Made by a program: the position numbers and the translations under genes. A DNA stretch of 64,000 nt from contig JAUCBJ010006078.1 of NCBI GenBank assembly GCA_032718475.1, positions 1-64,000 of the forward strand, in the 5' to 3' direction. The notes under the pieces are model-generated. The model did not search any database. It worked only from the letters and a program-made list of their open reading frames with translations, and was not told where the DNA came from. Positions 25,986 through 37,908 of this stretch are shown piece after piece (positions within the stretch are counted from its first letter, which is position 1; every line of letters starts with the position of its first letter). Origin of the DNA: Nemertoderma westbladi (taxonomy: Eukaryota > Animalia > Xenacoelomorpha).

Positions 25986-28373
25986 TGTAAGCGGATTCAA
26001 TTCCCTTACATTACCCACCCGAAAATGGGACCAGTGGCATTTTACCAATATAGTTGGCGATATGAGATTACCAATAATAATCTCGCCTCATAACCAACTC
26101 GGGGGGGGGGGGGGGGACACAGGCCCTAAAGCCACAGAGAGAGGTCAGATGTCAAACCACCTCAGAGGGAGAACCAGCTAGTTGAGGCTAGCAGCAGGGG
26201 GTAACACCTACAGGGAGTGCCAAAGTGACAATTAGTATATTTGCCAATAGCGGGCAGGGGAGCACGTGGGGAAAGATAGGAAAGCATCCATTGGCTAGCG
26301 AAGGCCAAAGTAGAGTAGAGGTGAAACCAATATATATGTGTATCAATCATATAGTTATCCTGATTACTGATTTACCGGTCAGTTCATTAATCACACAGTT
26401 AGGGACCAGCAATAGATTAGACCGTCATTTCATACACTGCTGTCATCATTCTGTATTGCAATTCCTACTATTGTTTGTTATACATACTGTGCTATTATCA
26501 TTGGAACATTAACATCGAGAAACACAAACTCTGTTATTTTCCCGACGGCCTTCGGCCAAAGATATTAGTCCAGCAGCCCAGCAGAGAAGTGACGCGAACA
26601 ACCTAACCCTGTCGGGATCTTTGAACTCAATCCTGTCACAGTCTAAACTAGCGACTTCCAACAACAACTGTGACCACAATCCAAAGATAAGTGAAGGAAA
26701 CCAAACGCCCTGAGAATCGGAGGAAGAAAGAATGCCGCCGCGGACCCCGGACGACACCAACCAAAAGATCTGAGATGCCGCTACGAGACGATACCAGCCC
26801 ACCACCCCGGATTCGCCAATGAGGGACGATCCGCATACCCAAGAGGAGGGCGGCCGACAACAACGAGGAGGGAAAGTCAACGATGAGTCGACGCGAGATG
26901 ACGACGGCGGTCAGAGTACCGAAGTTGCCGGCCAGCCACAGGCTGAGGGCAATGGACGCCCCACCGGAATGGCAACGGTGGGGCTGCTGGTACGACGCCA
27001 GACGAGGAGGGAAGGTAGAGTCTACGAGGAGGACGTTGGGACGAGTGATTGCTTGCGATGGGCATACAACACCACTTAGAAACTACTAAAAGAGGCTAAG
27101 GAGGGGAGAAAGGTAGACCAGCCTAAATTATACAAGAGACTAGGTGAGTCAAACAAACATTTTCGTTACTTAGTCCGTTTTGGACAGGGAGAACTGGCGA
27201 GTGAGAGAGCGAGGGGGGTCGCCACAGAACTGTTTGAATTGTGGCAGTCCGAGGTAATGGAACCAGATGTAGTGTATGTAGGCCTTACTTAGTGGATGCC
27301 AGGGGAATTAAGTTAGTAGGTTGGGCGGACCCGCATGACGGCGAATCCGAGGTTAACCTCGAGGATTCGGTGTTGTCGGTGAGTAGGAACCCCAGTAAAC
27401 AGGGGAAAATTAGAAGGACAGAGAGGCGACGGGAGTCCGTCGCGACCGATAAGTCCGCTACATCCTCCGCGAAAGCAAGAAGGGTGTTAGAGATAGATCT
27501 GGCGTGTCAACTAGACATTGTGGCGCTGGATCAAAAGGAACTGGAAAGGCAGTTAGATGAGGGAACTGCGTTGTTAGAGAGGGAGAGGGAATTAGCGAGA
27601 GAGTGTAAAGAGAGGGCTGAGAAGGTGGCGAGAAACTATAGGGAGCGGGAAGAGAGAGAGATGAATGAGCGTAGAGAGCGTGAGGAGCGGGAGGCAAGAG
27701 TGGAAAACGAGCGCAAAGAGCGGGAGGCGAGAGAGATAAACGAGCGAAAAGAGTGGGAGGCGAAAGTGGAGAATGAGCGTAGAAAGCGGGAGGCGAGGGA
27801 GACATAATTAGCCAACCAGAGTATGAGGGAGGATAGAGAGAGAGAGAGAGAGCGGGCAAGCAGATGTGGGATGATATGCATACGCGGCTGAGGGGGTTAA
27901 TGCAGTATCAAGCGAAGCAAAAGCGCCTGTTAGAATTGGCAAAAATGGGACTATCGGAGAGTGAGGCTGGTTCGGGTAGTATTTACGAGGAACCAGAGGT
28001 AATGCAAACCTTTGTTATTACCACACTTACAGGTACCCGGCGACAGACCCAGGACTGGTGTGACCATACGGGCAGGGGGGGGGGGGGGGTAATAATAATA
28101 ATACGTTAGAGGGAGTTAATATTAATAGTACCGTAATAGACAACCCTAATCAAACCTTTCTTGCAGGAAATAATGTTTTACCTGGTAACAATAACCCTAA
28201 TTTAAATGTGCAAAATAATCTAAATAATATAAATAATTCTGAGCAAAATAATTTAAATAATTTAAATAATAATTTAGGTAACAATAATACGTTAAATAAC
28301 CCTGAAGAAATTAATCAAAATAATATTATTAATAACGGTGTAACAAATCAAGGCGAAATTAATAACGGTGCTA
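25986..28373 (+). mobile_element. BEL/Pao family 2, copy C: 5' LTR (25986-26640) plus decayed gag 5' region, truncated
   Basis: TGTAAG...TCACA LTR homologous to 29659-30283 and 58541-59744 in reverse; gag region homologous to 54000-56400. Confidence 0.8.
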
Positions 28374-28377
28374 TTAA

Positions 28378-28594
28378 CCCTATTAAACCCGGGGGGGGGG
28401 TCAATATGACCCCCCCGTGGTTTTTTTATTATAATTCTGAAACAAACGCAGTTGGAAATCTGAAATTTTATGACTTTTCCTAAAAATCAGACGTTTTCGT
28501 AAATATTTGTAGATTTTAGAGGGGGGAGGGTCAATATGACCCCCCCCCCCCCCCCGGTATTTGTACAACATTTTATAGCCCGGTACTAATAGGG
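28378..28594. mobile_element. Short internally deleted copy of the TTAA MITE, inverted relative to the 16757 copy; further internal fragment at ~28640-29360
   Basis: TTAA-ccctatta...taataggg-TTAA with the same subterminal palindromes. Confidence 0.85.
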
Positions 28595-31488
28595 TTAAGC
28601 CCCACTGTGTACCCCCATTCACCCTATAGTTTCATTTTTTAACCCTACTTTTGGCACTTTTTTGAGACGTTTTTTGAAAATTACATTTCATAAATTACAA
28701 TTTGCAAAATAAATATTTTTGAGTTACACCTGTTTTTTGATGTTCGCAATTAGATGGAATTCAAATAAAATAAGTTAGAAATTTCAAACTTGTTTTTTCG
28801 GCAAGTGCAAAATTTTGGTAGCAGCACCAAATTTGAAAATACGTCGATTTTGTAAATAGGTTGTTTGAACCTTTTTTTTTGCGCAATATGGTTTTTTTGG
28901 GATTCTCTTTTCGATTGAATGTTTACGAGTTGCACCATATATATCAATATTGTATTTTTCGATGCTATGTGCAAAATTTGAAGCAAGCACGAAATTTTAA
29001 AATCTATTCAATAGTTAATTTGATTATGACAACTTATCTCTTGCATTTTAGAGGATTATGGGGGTTCTGAATTCAATGGAATAAATAATTATATAACTAG
29101 ACATCTCAAACTTACAAATGTACAAAATGTGGTCATAGCGCAATATTTTGAAACCTATCAAATATATAAATTTATCGTGTCACCTTGTTACTTGCGTTAT
29201 ACAGTACGGGTTTGTGATGTTTCTGAATTCAATTGATTAAGTAAAAATTAAGTTTTCTACACGAAATTTTCAAATTGTATTTTTCGGCGGCTTAAAATCA
29301 GGCGGCAAATCGGCGACAAATCAATAGATACAGTAGTATCATCTTGTTTCTTGAAAAAAAATGTTTTATTTTTCTACTCCATCCCCATTAGGTATTCAAA
29401 ACCTCCAAAATTCTAGCTACTGTTGATAGAGAGGGAAATTCTGTATATAAGGGGTTAAATTTCTATGACAATTGGATTTATAGATTTGGAGAAACGTGTA
29501 CCCAAGTAAGTACACTACGAGTCGCGATATCTCGAATGGTGTAAATGAGGACCCAATTTCACAACCGCATTAGCTTATATATATAATACAACCTTTAGTA
29601 TAGGTTTTGATCGACTGCTCTTTTCTGTTCTGCTGTAGAAAATTCTGAAATTCCTGGATGAGACGGGATCGTAGATCCCGACCGGGTTAGATTAAGTATG
29701 GGTCACCGTTCTGCTGGGGCTGTTGAGCTACTGGTCGTTTTGGCCCAAGGCCGTCGGGGAAAATAACAGAGTTTAGTGTTTCTCAATATTAATGTTCCGA
29801 ATGATAATAGCCAGAATCAGTATGGAATGAATATCCTGATACAGAATGACAGCAGAAAATACACAGATATTAATTGGTGATGTTGGTGGCGGTGATGGTC
29901 ATAAACTATGACCGGTCTGCAACTCTGTGATTAATGAACTGACCGGTAAATCAGTAATACAGAATAGTCATAGAATAGAATAGTTATTGGTTTCACCTCT
30001 TACTCTACTTGGCCTTCTGTACCCAGTGAATGCTTTCCTATCCCTGTTCACGTGCTTCCCTCCCTGCTATTGCCTAATATAATAATTGTCACTTTGGCAC
30101 CTCCAAGGTGGTTTGACCTCTCATCTCTCTCTGTGGCTTTAGGGCTTGTGTCGCCCCCCCCCCCCCCAAAGTTGGTTATGAGACGAGATTACTATTGGTA
30201 ATCTCGTATCCCCAACTATATTAGTAAAATGCCACTGGTCCCATTTTCGGGTGGATAATGTAATGGAATTGAATCCGCTTACACTCCCACCCATGCTATC
30301 TTCCCGGTGAGAAGATAGCATCAACCTTAAGTGCGCTTCAATTCCGCTGGAACCCAATCTAATATCGGGTGTGGGGTGGAGTTCTTTTCTCGGGGTCGGC
30401 TTTCCAGACCGCCTCCCTGGATGTGTTATTACTACCCATCCTTGGTGCAATCGCGAGCTAAGTTGCACCAAGGCATCTGATGTCTCTGTATTGGACAATT
30501 GTGCTCTCTCCTCACACAATTTTCTACAACCTCACTCTAATTTTCCTCACGTACCTCGTTGTCCCTTACTCTCACTCTCATCTTCCTTACGGACCTCGCT
30601 GTCCCTTAGTCTCACGTCGATCCCTTGGGACTCTTCCCCTCTCACTGCTCGCTCCCCACACTTGAATTGCACTCCTTTCACTCACTCACGTGTCAACACC
30701 TCCTCTCCATACTTCCCCCGATTCTCCATTTTCGTTTTCATTCTCCATACACTTATTGGGTCCCATGCATGTGCGCATCATGTTAGTGGGATCCGTCTAA
30801 GTCTTGTCCTACATATCGTACATATCATATGAGTTGTATATAATAATTAATTATTATATTATGTATTATATGTATTATATTATATGCCCGTCTATACGAC
30901 GCATCTTAACCCCCCCCCCCCTTTCAGAGGTGATATGACCCGTCACTCCCGGTCCCGTCCGTTCATGCTCTCTCCGCCTTTCACTTCCTTACTAACCTTT
31001 CCACCATCACGAACTTTTCCTGCGCTCACCCAATTGGTGGGGCCTTACAAAGGCTCAATTTAAGTGAGTGCCGTTAAACAAGATGTTACAATATACCATA
31101 CTCTACTTTCTTACTATGTGGCGCTCTCAGTGCCCACAACTTATAACTCTTATGGTACTATGTACCCTACTACTTCTATGGTATACCTACATACCATACT
31201 CTCTACTCTCTTACTTCTAACTCTTATGGTACTATGTACCCTGCTACTCTCATGGTATGTCTATATACCACACTCCCTATTCTCTAACTTCTAACTCTTA
31301 CATTACTATGTACCCTGCTACTACTCTCATGGTATGTCTATATACCACACTCCCTATTCTCTAACTACTTCAATGGTATGCCTATATACCATACTCTCTA
31401 CTACTACTATTTCTATGGTATGCCTATATATCATAGTCTCTCTACTACTTTGTGCTACGTACTATCTACTACTAATACTTTCTACTAT

Positions 31489-33288
31489 TGTAAGGGTCCA
31501 GTAGTATACCGCTTACCAGATCCTAGTAACGATGTATCTTACTATGAGACTCTAGTAATGTATACGGGCTTGTACAGTATCTGACAACAAATCCCAGTCC
31601 AGGATATCTAAACAAACAGATACAATACACAAACGACTACTGGCGAGGAACAGAGCCTAGTATCTATTCTATGTACGTGAGCGGGTTTAATGCCTACGTA
31701 CTAGACAAAAGGATACCTGTCCTCTAACCGGTGAGGCAGATGTACAGTTACAGTAACAGACCAAACTCACGGGAAAACAATCCCCGCGCAGCGAATCCTA
31801 ACTATCACTGACAGTCCTAAATACAGTAACTTGCCGCGGTGTGATTTATATGGTTTATATACGAGCTAGGTGGTTAACAGACCTAGTGTAACAATGCTGA
31901 TTACCCCTGTCTAAATCAGCCTAAAAGGTCGTGCCTAAATGTAAGGATAACTGATCCCCCTGTACGAAATCAGTCTAAAGGGTCAGGCCTAAATGTAACA
32001 ATACTGCTGGACAGAAATCAACAGTTTAATAACGAAAATGAAATACTCTATCTTGCCGCAACTAAATCAGATCCTAATTTTACAAATACAGATAATTTCT
32101 ACCCAAAATAATGTACAGTGCGCTATAGCTAGTAGAACTTTAAAGGGCAATATGTTTTAGGGCGTGTGTGTGTGGGTGTGTTACAAATAAAACAATTTCG
32201 TGTAATTCCTTTACTAGGTTTTAGTGATTTTCTGACTAAATGATACCGTGCGCTAGCTACTAAAATAAACTAGTCGCGTTTGTAGAACTTTATACTCACA
32301 AATGACGTCAAAGCTCTCTCCTTCCTATCCACAACCCAATGGGCAACCACAGTGTTAGTAACTACACCCGTGATCGGCACTAATACCAGATTCTGGTTGT
32401 AAGATAAGGAATAGGGGTTAATTGCTACCGTACGTTAGCTGATCTGGTATACTAATTTAATTCTAGAACTTTGTTGCTGCGGTAGTTAGCAGCAATACCT
32501 ATCAGTACGTGGCAAGGCGCGGTAGGATATTAATAAACCTCCATAGGCCAAGCAGTGTGCCGGTAGCAGAAATACTCCTTGCCTGATCAAATAGCTAACT
32601 CCAGACAGGGGGGGGGGGGGGGGTACTAATGTACGTTCTACAAAGCGAACCGGTACCAAACAGTCAGTGCTACGAATCACTAAATTATGGAACATATGCT
32701 GTCCGTACCTAATATGTACTCGCGTACTGACGAATGGCAATAGTTCGCACCTGTAGGAAGTACAGGTTAACCCAGGGGTTCGTAGGACTGACAAAGGGGG
32801 GGGGGTGTTTCTGTCTGAATATAATTATTTGATCCTAAATTTGCGGCGTCCAGTACGGCGTCACGCTTACCCTGATCTATAAGTCTTACCTTCTCACAAA
32901 GCGGGCGCTGCATAGCAAGTGGAGTATTTCGAAGGGCAAAGGGGGTGCGCGGTCAATCCAAATGTGGGCGCTAGTGTGTTGTGGACATCTCTTCCCTGCG
33001 TTGCTTACCGCCTAACGGTCTAGGCTGCCATCTCCCTGATGTTTGGCTGTCCCAAAGTTGGACCAAAAGAAAACATGTTCAGGAATTTGCAGTATATTTA
33101 CAGTTTTTACAAAGGATTTATCAAAATAAAGTTTCAACAAGAAACCGAAATAACTAATAACAATTTAGAATAACGTTATAAGGAGAATTTTACAAAGTGG
33201 TAAGAAGTCGTAGAAGGTGATAACCGAAGGCAAACCGGCCTTTTATACTAAATATCGCACATGGAAACTAAACAGACCCATGAACACA
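31489..33288 (-). repeat. 3' LTR of the family 1 element
   Basis: Matches 46749-48563 apart from ~3 substitutions and a few indels; PPT-like GGAGCGGTGAG|TGT on the minus strand at 33299-33289. Confidence 0.85.
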
Positions 33289-33943
33289 CTCACCGCTCCA
33301 TGAAAACAGTAAGTAAGACTGTTTTCACCAATCGAAACATAAAATATTTACAAACTACTTCTAAATCTACTAGTAGGGCCTAAAATATAAAATATAATCA
33401 CTATCTAATTATTGCATACTTAATATTGCAGATACGGCGTAAATACAATCGATCGTACATACAAATACAAATTTACGAATTAACTTTAGTGCCTAAAATA
33501 CAAAAAAAAGGCTTTCGGTTATCAAGGTAAGCAAATTAAACAAATCAGAACAAACAAATCGAACAAATAAATCAAAACAAATCAAACAAATAATTCAAAC
33601 TCTTTCGATAAATCTTTATATATTGTAAATATACCTAATAAACCTTCACCAAATTAAATCGGTCCAAATATAATATAAACATAATGCGCTAATAACTTTC
33701 AATAATGTCCTCCTGACGATCTAATAGTTCGTCCTGCTGGTCTGGATATCTTCTCCTGAGCACCAATTGCTAACGGTAGGCTCGCAAGCCTTCCTTTCCA
33801 TATCTCGCTCCTCCAAACCCAACATTCAAACATAACGTCCAATATAAATATCCAAATATAATATCCAAATATGATATCCAAATAAAATATCCAAATAAAT
33901 ATCCAAAATCGGTAGGCTCGCAAGCCTTCCTTCCACTCGCTTC

Positions 33944-34735
33944 CTATTCCTTCGCTGAGCGGGCTCGTCCACGTCCTCTAGTGCGATTGGGGGGTGGTCG
34001 AGGTCGAACTGGGCTCGGACTTCGGCGTCGAGTCGTCGGTGGTTCCAAAACGCTAGGAAAGGGGACGACGGGAGTTTCGCACATCCGTCGTGCGCTTAAT
34101 CCTCTAAATCCTCGTCCGATTCCAACTGTCGGCTTAACATCGGATCGAGTTTCTACAACGCTAGGAGGAAGTCGAAAGGGTAGGACCGTTCCGTCCGTTG
34201 ACACCTCGCTCTCTGACATCGTTTGAATCCTAATGGGTTCAGTCAAAGCGTATCCTGTCCCTCCGCGTGGTTCTCTAGCAAGGGAAACCGTGCCCCGAGT
34301 CATCCGGATTTGTGACTTCGACGTCGTCCTCTCGGCGACATTTACTATCTTCTTAATCTCTTGTCTGGCCTTCTGGGCTTTGAGTATACGAAATTGCTGA
34401 TCATCCTGTGGGTGACGCGTCTTCTCTGCTAACGGCGTGGCCTTGAAGCCAGTCTCACGCAAAACGTCGGTCTCGTCCAGAATGCACGAGGTTACGCGTT
34501 TGTGATAAAATGCGCTCCGGTATGCCCAAGCTATCGAATGCCAGGCTCCTCGATTCCGCTGTTCAACTCGCAGTTTATCGAATTCTCCGGCGGTAATCTT
34601 GTTCACCACAGTTTGAAAGTTCCAAGTATTCTTGTTGTCGGGTTGCACTTGTAAGAAATAGTCCCGCACAACTTTGAATCCACTGTCCAACGGCAATATA
34701 TCCAATACCTCCAACAATTCATCGTACTGAGGCAT
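33944..34735 (-). CDS. Accessory ORF4 of the BEL element, 263 aa, unknown function, Arg/Pro/Ser-rich basic tail
   Basis: Intact ATG-stop ORF between integrase and 3' LTR; tail RRRSPSPVRPRPPPNRTRGRGRAR; no signal peptide or TM segment seen. Confidence 0.7.
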   Translation of the reverse strand: MPQYDELLEVLDILPLDSGFKVVRDYFLQVQPDNKNTWNFQTVVNKITAGEFDKLRVEQRNRGAWHSIAWAYRSAFYHKRVTSCILDETDVLRETGFKATPLAEKTRHPQDDQQFRILKAQKARQEIKKIVNVAERTTSKSQIRMTRGTVSLAREPRGGTGYALTEPIRIQTMSESEVSTDGTVLPFRLPPSVVETRSDVKPTVGIGRGFRGLSARRMCETPVVPFPSVLEPPTTRRRSPSPVRPRPPPNRTRGRGRARSAKE

Positions 34736-34760
34736 AGCCGATACATATCCTTACATATCC

Positions 34761-36065
34761 TTATATCATAGGTTTACCAGTCCAATTGGTCGCGATATCG
34801 GTGTCGGTCTCAAACGTCCCAACTCCGATCCATAATCGAATCATTTTCGTCAGATATCCTCGCAAGATACAAGGTGCGATATCCGTCCCCGCGCGATCCA
34901 CTTCCTTAAAGTCCGTGATATGTGGAGGCACGTTGCGTACGATTTTTTGAACTATTACTTTACGCAACTCGGTTGATTCTAACACATCACAGAAGGTGAC
35001 CGATGGGAGGAAATCCAGGTTCGAGATGATCTCCGGGTGTTCAACTATAGGGATCTCGTAAGTTGTCTCCTTCCGGGTCGGTATACTAATAGGAAAACTA
35101 GTTGGTCTCGCAACCGGTACTATCGCTCCAGTAGAATGGGGCTGAGGTTCTCGCGTCATCTCGACATGAGGTATCTGTAGTCTCTGCGACAAACGCTGAG
35201 CAAAGGTAATACTATCGAAGAGCTCGGGTGTCATCTCCTTGGGTTCGGTTTGATCGTGGGATATCCAATAGAATGGTAGGCTCGCGAGCCTTCCGCCGAA
35301 CTCCTCGATCTCGCCTTTCTCGTACGCCTTGTACGCCCTGTAGAGGCTCAAAGCTTCCCGTTTCTCTTGTGTCGACTTATTAGACTCGTCCACTACCATG
35401 CTGTAGACGTCTGGTTCGACTAATTTAGGTTCGTAAATAACGATCTCACCCGCGTTCAGTCCACTCATTTTAAATGAATGATACGGATTTGTCAAAGGGT
35501 ATCCGCCTTCTTGGTAACGTAGACTTTGGTGGTATGAACATCGCGCTAATATCGGCTCGGGGTTCTCCGAGTTCAACCGCATAGGAATCGCGTTGTCTTG
35601 CACGCGCATACACGCTCCACATTTATAAAACAGTTTGTATACGGAAAACGCGTCCTTGGTCTCTGGATCCGCTCCTCGAGCGCGTCTATAAAGATGCATT
35701 CCTTCAAATTCGTCTCTAGCTGCAGGTAAGGGTTCGTTTACCGTCAAATATTGCAGCGTATGATACAATCGGCGTATTTCGGTGTCTGGATCCTCGCAAA
35801 TGTCGCTAGCGTCGCATAACGCATCGTAGGGATATAACGCATTGTATTCCGCGCGTAATTCCTCCGTTCTTTTGTTGTATGCGTCCAACCGCTGTCGCGT
35901 AACATTTGGGTCCGCCTTGGATTTAGCGAGCTTGGCCGTACTCCTAGCCATACTCTCCACTCCAAACACACTAAAGTTTTTAGCTCCATAACGATTGAAT
36001 GGCGCCTGGTGCTCTTGTTCTTGCGTAAACCCTTGACGTAACTCTTTATACATCTTCTCTGCCAT
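34761..36065 (-). CDS. Accessory ORF3 of the BEL element, 434 aa, unknown function
   Basis: Intact ORF in the env position, same strand as pol; CGAC...CSYH possible zinc site; no hydrophobic TM segment. Confidence 0.75.
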   Translation of the reverse strand: MAEKMYKELRQGFTQEQEHQAPFNRYGAKNFSVFGVESMARSTAKLAKSKADPNVTRQRLDAYNKRTEELRAEYNALYPYDALCDASDICEDPDTEIRRLYHTLQYLTVNEPLPAARDEFEGMHLYRRARGADPETKDAFSVYKLFYKCGACMRVQDNAIPMRLNSENPEPILARCSYHQSLRYQEGGYPLTNPYHSFKMSGLNAGEIVIYEPKLVEPDVYSMVVDESNKSTQEKREALSLYRAYKAYEKGEIEEFGGRLASLPFYWISHDQTEPKEMTPELFDSITFAQRLSQRLQIPHVEMTREPQPHSTGAIVPVARPTSFPISIPTRKETTYEIPIVEHPEIISNLDFLPSVTFCDVLESTELRKVIVQKIVRNVPPHITDFKEVDRAGTDIAPCILRGYLTKMIRLWIGVGTFETDTDIATNWTGKPMI

Positions 36066-36798
36066 TGTATACGAATATATGCGGTTACATATCGTTACAT
36101 TTCTACTAGATGAAGCACAAAATAGAGGTTAGATGTGAGGTGACTTAGAGTTTGTCGGCCTTTGGCTCAACTCTGCTCTAAACCCCAACCCATTTTGCCT
36201 AATGATTTCGGGTTCGCGTGATTTCGCACTGGCTCCTAATCCAAAATTGTGCCGATAAAAAACGAATTCCGGGTAAACTAGCCGCGAGTCTAAAATACTC
36301 ACCTTTTAATTTCCCAAACTACGTTTCCCAAGAAAAATAGTGCAGTCGAGAATTAATTGGTCTAAATAATAGTAGACACGACTACGTAGAACAAGGCCGA
36401 TTTTCTTTTTTCCAAAAAAAATTTATCGGTAGGCTTGCAAGCCTTCCATCCGCTCTTGTCCTCCCCAATTTTAATTTTATCTAGCTGTATTCTAGAATTT
36501 GCTTTCACTGGAGAATCGTTTTTCTTAAATTTAAATCCAAATAAATGGATTTGTCTAATAATTTTGAAAAATTGTCTCACTTGTGGGTTCCAAGTGGAAT
36601 TCCATTCCTACTGTACACACAATCCCGCTCCTATGTGATACATAAGGGTACTACCCTCCATGTTCACGTATAAAGACAATGGAATTCCACCGCTGTCTCT
36701 ATCTACAGTGAAGAGGATTACAAATGCACGTACAGTAATACAAATGCAAATAACTAAAATACAGTAGGTCTATGTGGCGGCCAACAAAGGTCCCACAT

Positions 36799-37908
36799 CT
36801 ATTTACTAATATTGGGTGGAGATTTGTAGTCTCCTGTCTCGTTTCTAGTCTCCTCAAGGAGTACGAGACGTTGTACAGGCCTATCTACGGTACGTCCGTC
36901 GATAGTCCTTACAGTAACTGTCCTCACTACACCAGATGTAGGGTGCATGGTCAAAATGACTCCAGTCAGCCAAAACCGTCTTTTCAGATTAGCTTCAGCC
37001 AATAAAACATGGTCACCACTTCTTAAACATCGGGTATTTAGATACCAAGAAGTTCTGGTCGAAATAGAGGGCAAATAATATTTCTGCCATATTTCCCAGA
37101 ATTTATTTGCAAGCAATTGAGTGATTTTCCAAGCCTTGTTGCCGTATCCGTCACTATCAACGGGTACCGAAATGGGCAACAATGTCGTCGGCGCGTGCAT
37201 AAGCAGGTGCGCTGGTGTCAAGGCAAACTGTACGTCGTTATTGTCTGGGATCAAAGCGATCGGTCTAGTATTTAAGATTGCTTCGATTTCTATTAGTAAC
37301 GTCGTTAGTTGGTCGTCTGTCAAAATGTGTTGCGTCGGTACGACTTTAGCCATAGCTGTCTTTATTGAGCCAATCAGCCTTTCCCAAACGCCGCCTCTCC
37401 CCGGACTGTCTGGAGTATTGAAAAACCAAACAATACGGTGAGGACGTAGTTCCTCGGAAATCTGGTTTTGGTCCAATTTTCTCAAAGCTCTGGTTATTTC
37501 GTTCCGTGCACCCACAAAGTTTGTCCCTTGGTCGCAGTATATGGATTTGACCAATCCACGTCTAGCGATAAATCGCCGTAAGGCTAGGATAAAGGCATTG
37601 GTGGTCAAGTCTGTCACTCGCTCTATATGGACAGCTCTGCTGGCCATGCAAGTGAAGATCAATCCCCAACGTTTTACCTGTACCCTTCCGCGTTTCGCGA
37701 TCAGAACAAACCTCGAACGTAAGTGTGATAGACAGTGGTGTCTACCTACGTGTTTGAGTTGTACATGTGCGTCCAGTATCATGGCGCGCTGTAACTCATG
37801 GTGTTGCGGTATGATGATAGGATACCTAAAGTCAAGTGCAAAGTCGATGTTTTGGAGTCTGGACTTGTGACAAAGTAAGCCCTGGTAAATAATCGGACTC
37901 CAACTCAA
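36799..37908 (-). pseudogene. BEL integrase (DDE core plus C-terminal domain), internally deleted
   Basis: HVQLKH, WGLIFTC..RAVHIE, CDQGTNF, GGVWERLI, ILNTRPI; the CxxC and first catalytic Asp (GxDxxGP) region is missing; frameshifted from RT-RH. Confidence 0.85.

Noticed and set aside
29676-29686. 11-nt match tcccgaccggg between the family-2 LTR and the tRNA-like 3' end as a PBS
   Set aside because: It lies inside the LTR and in the same sense as the tRNA-like RNA, so it cannot anneal as a primer site; probably chance
33944-36065. Calling the accessory ORFs env
   Set aside because: No signal peptide, transmembrane anchor or Cys pattern of a fusion glycoprotein
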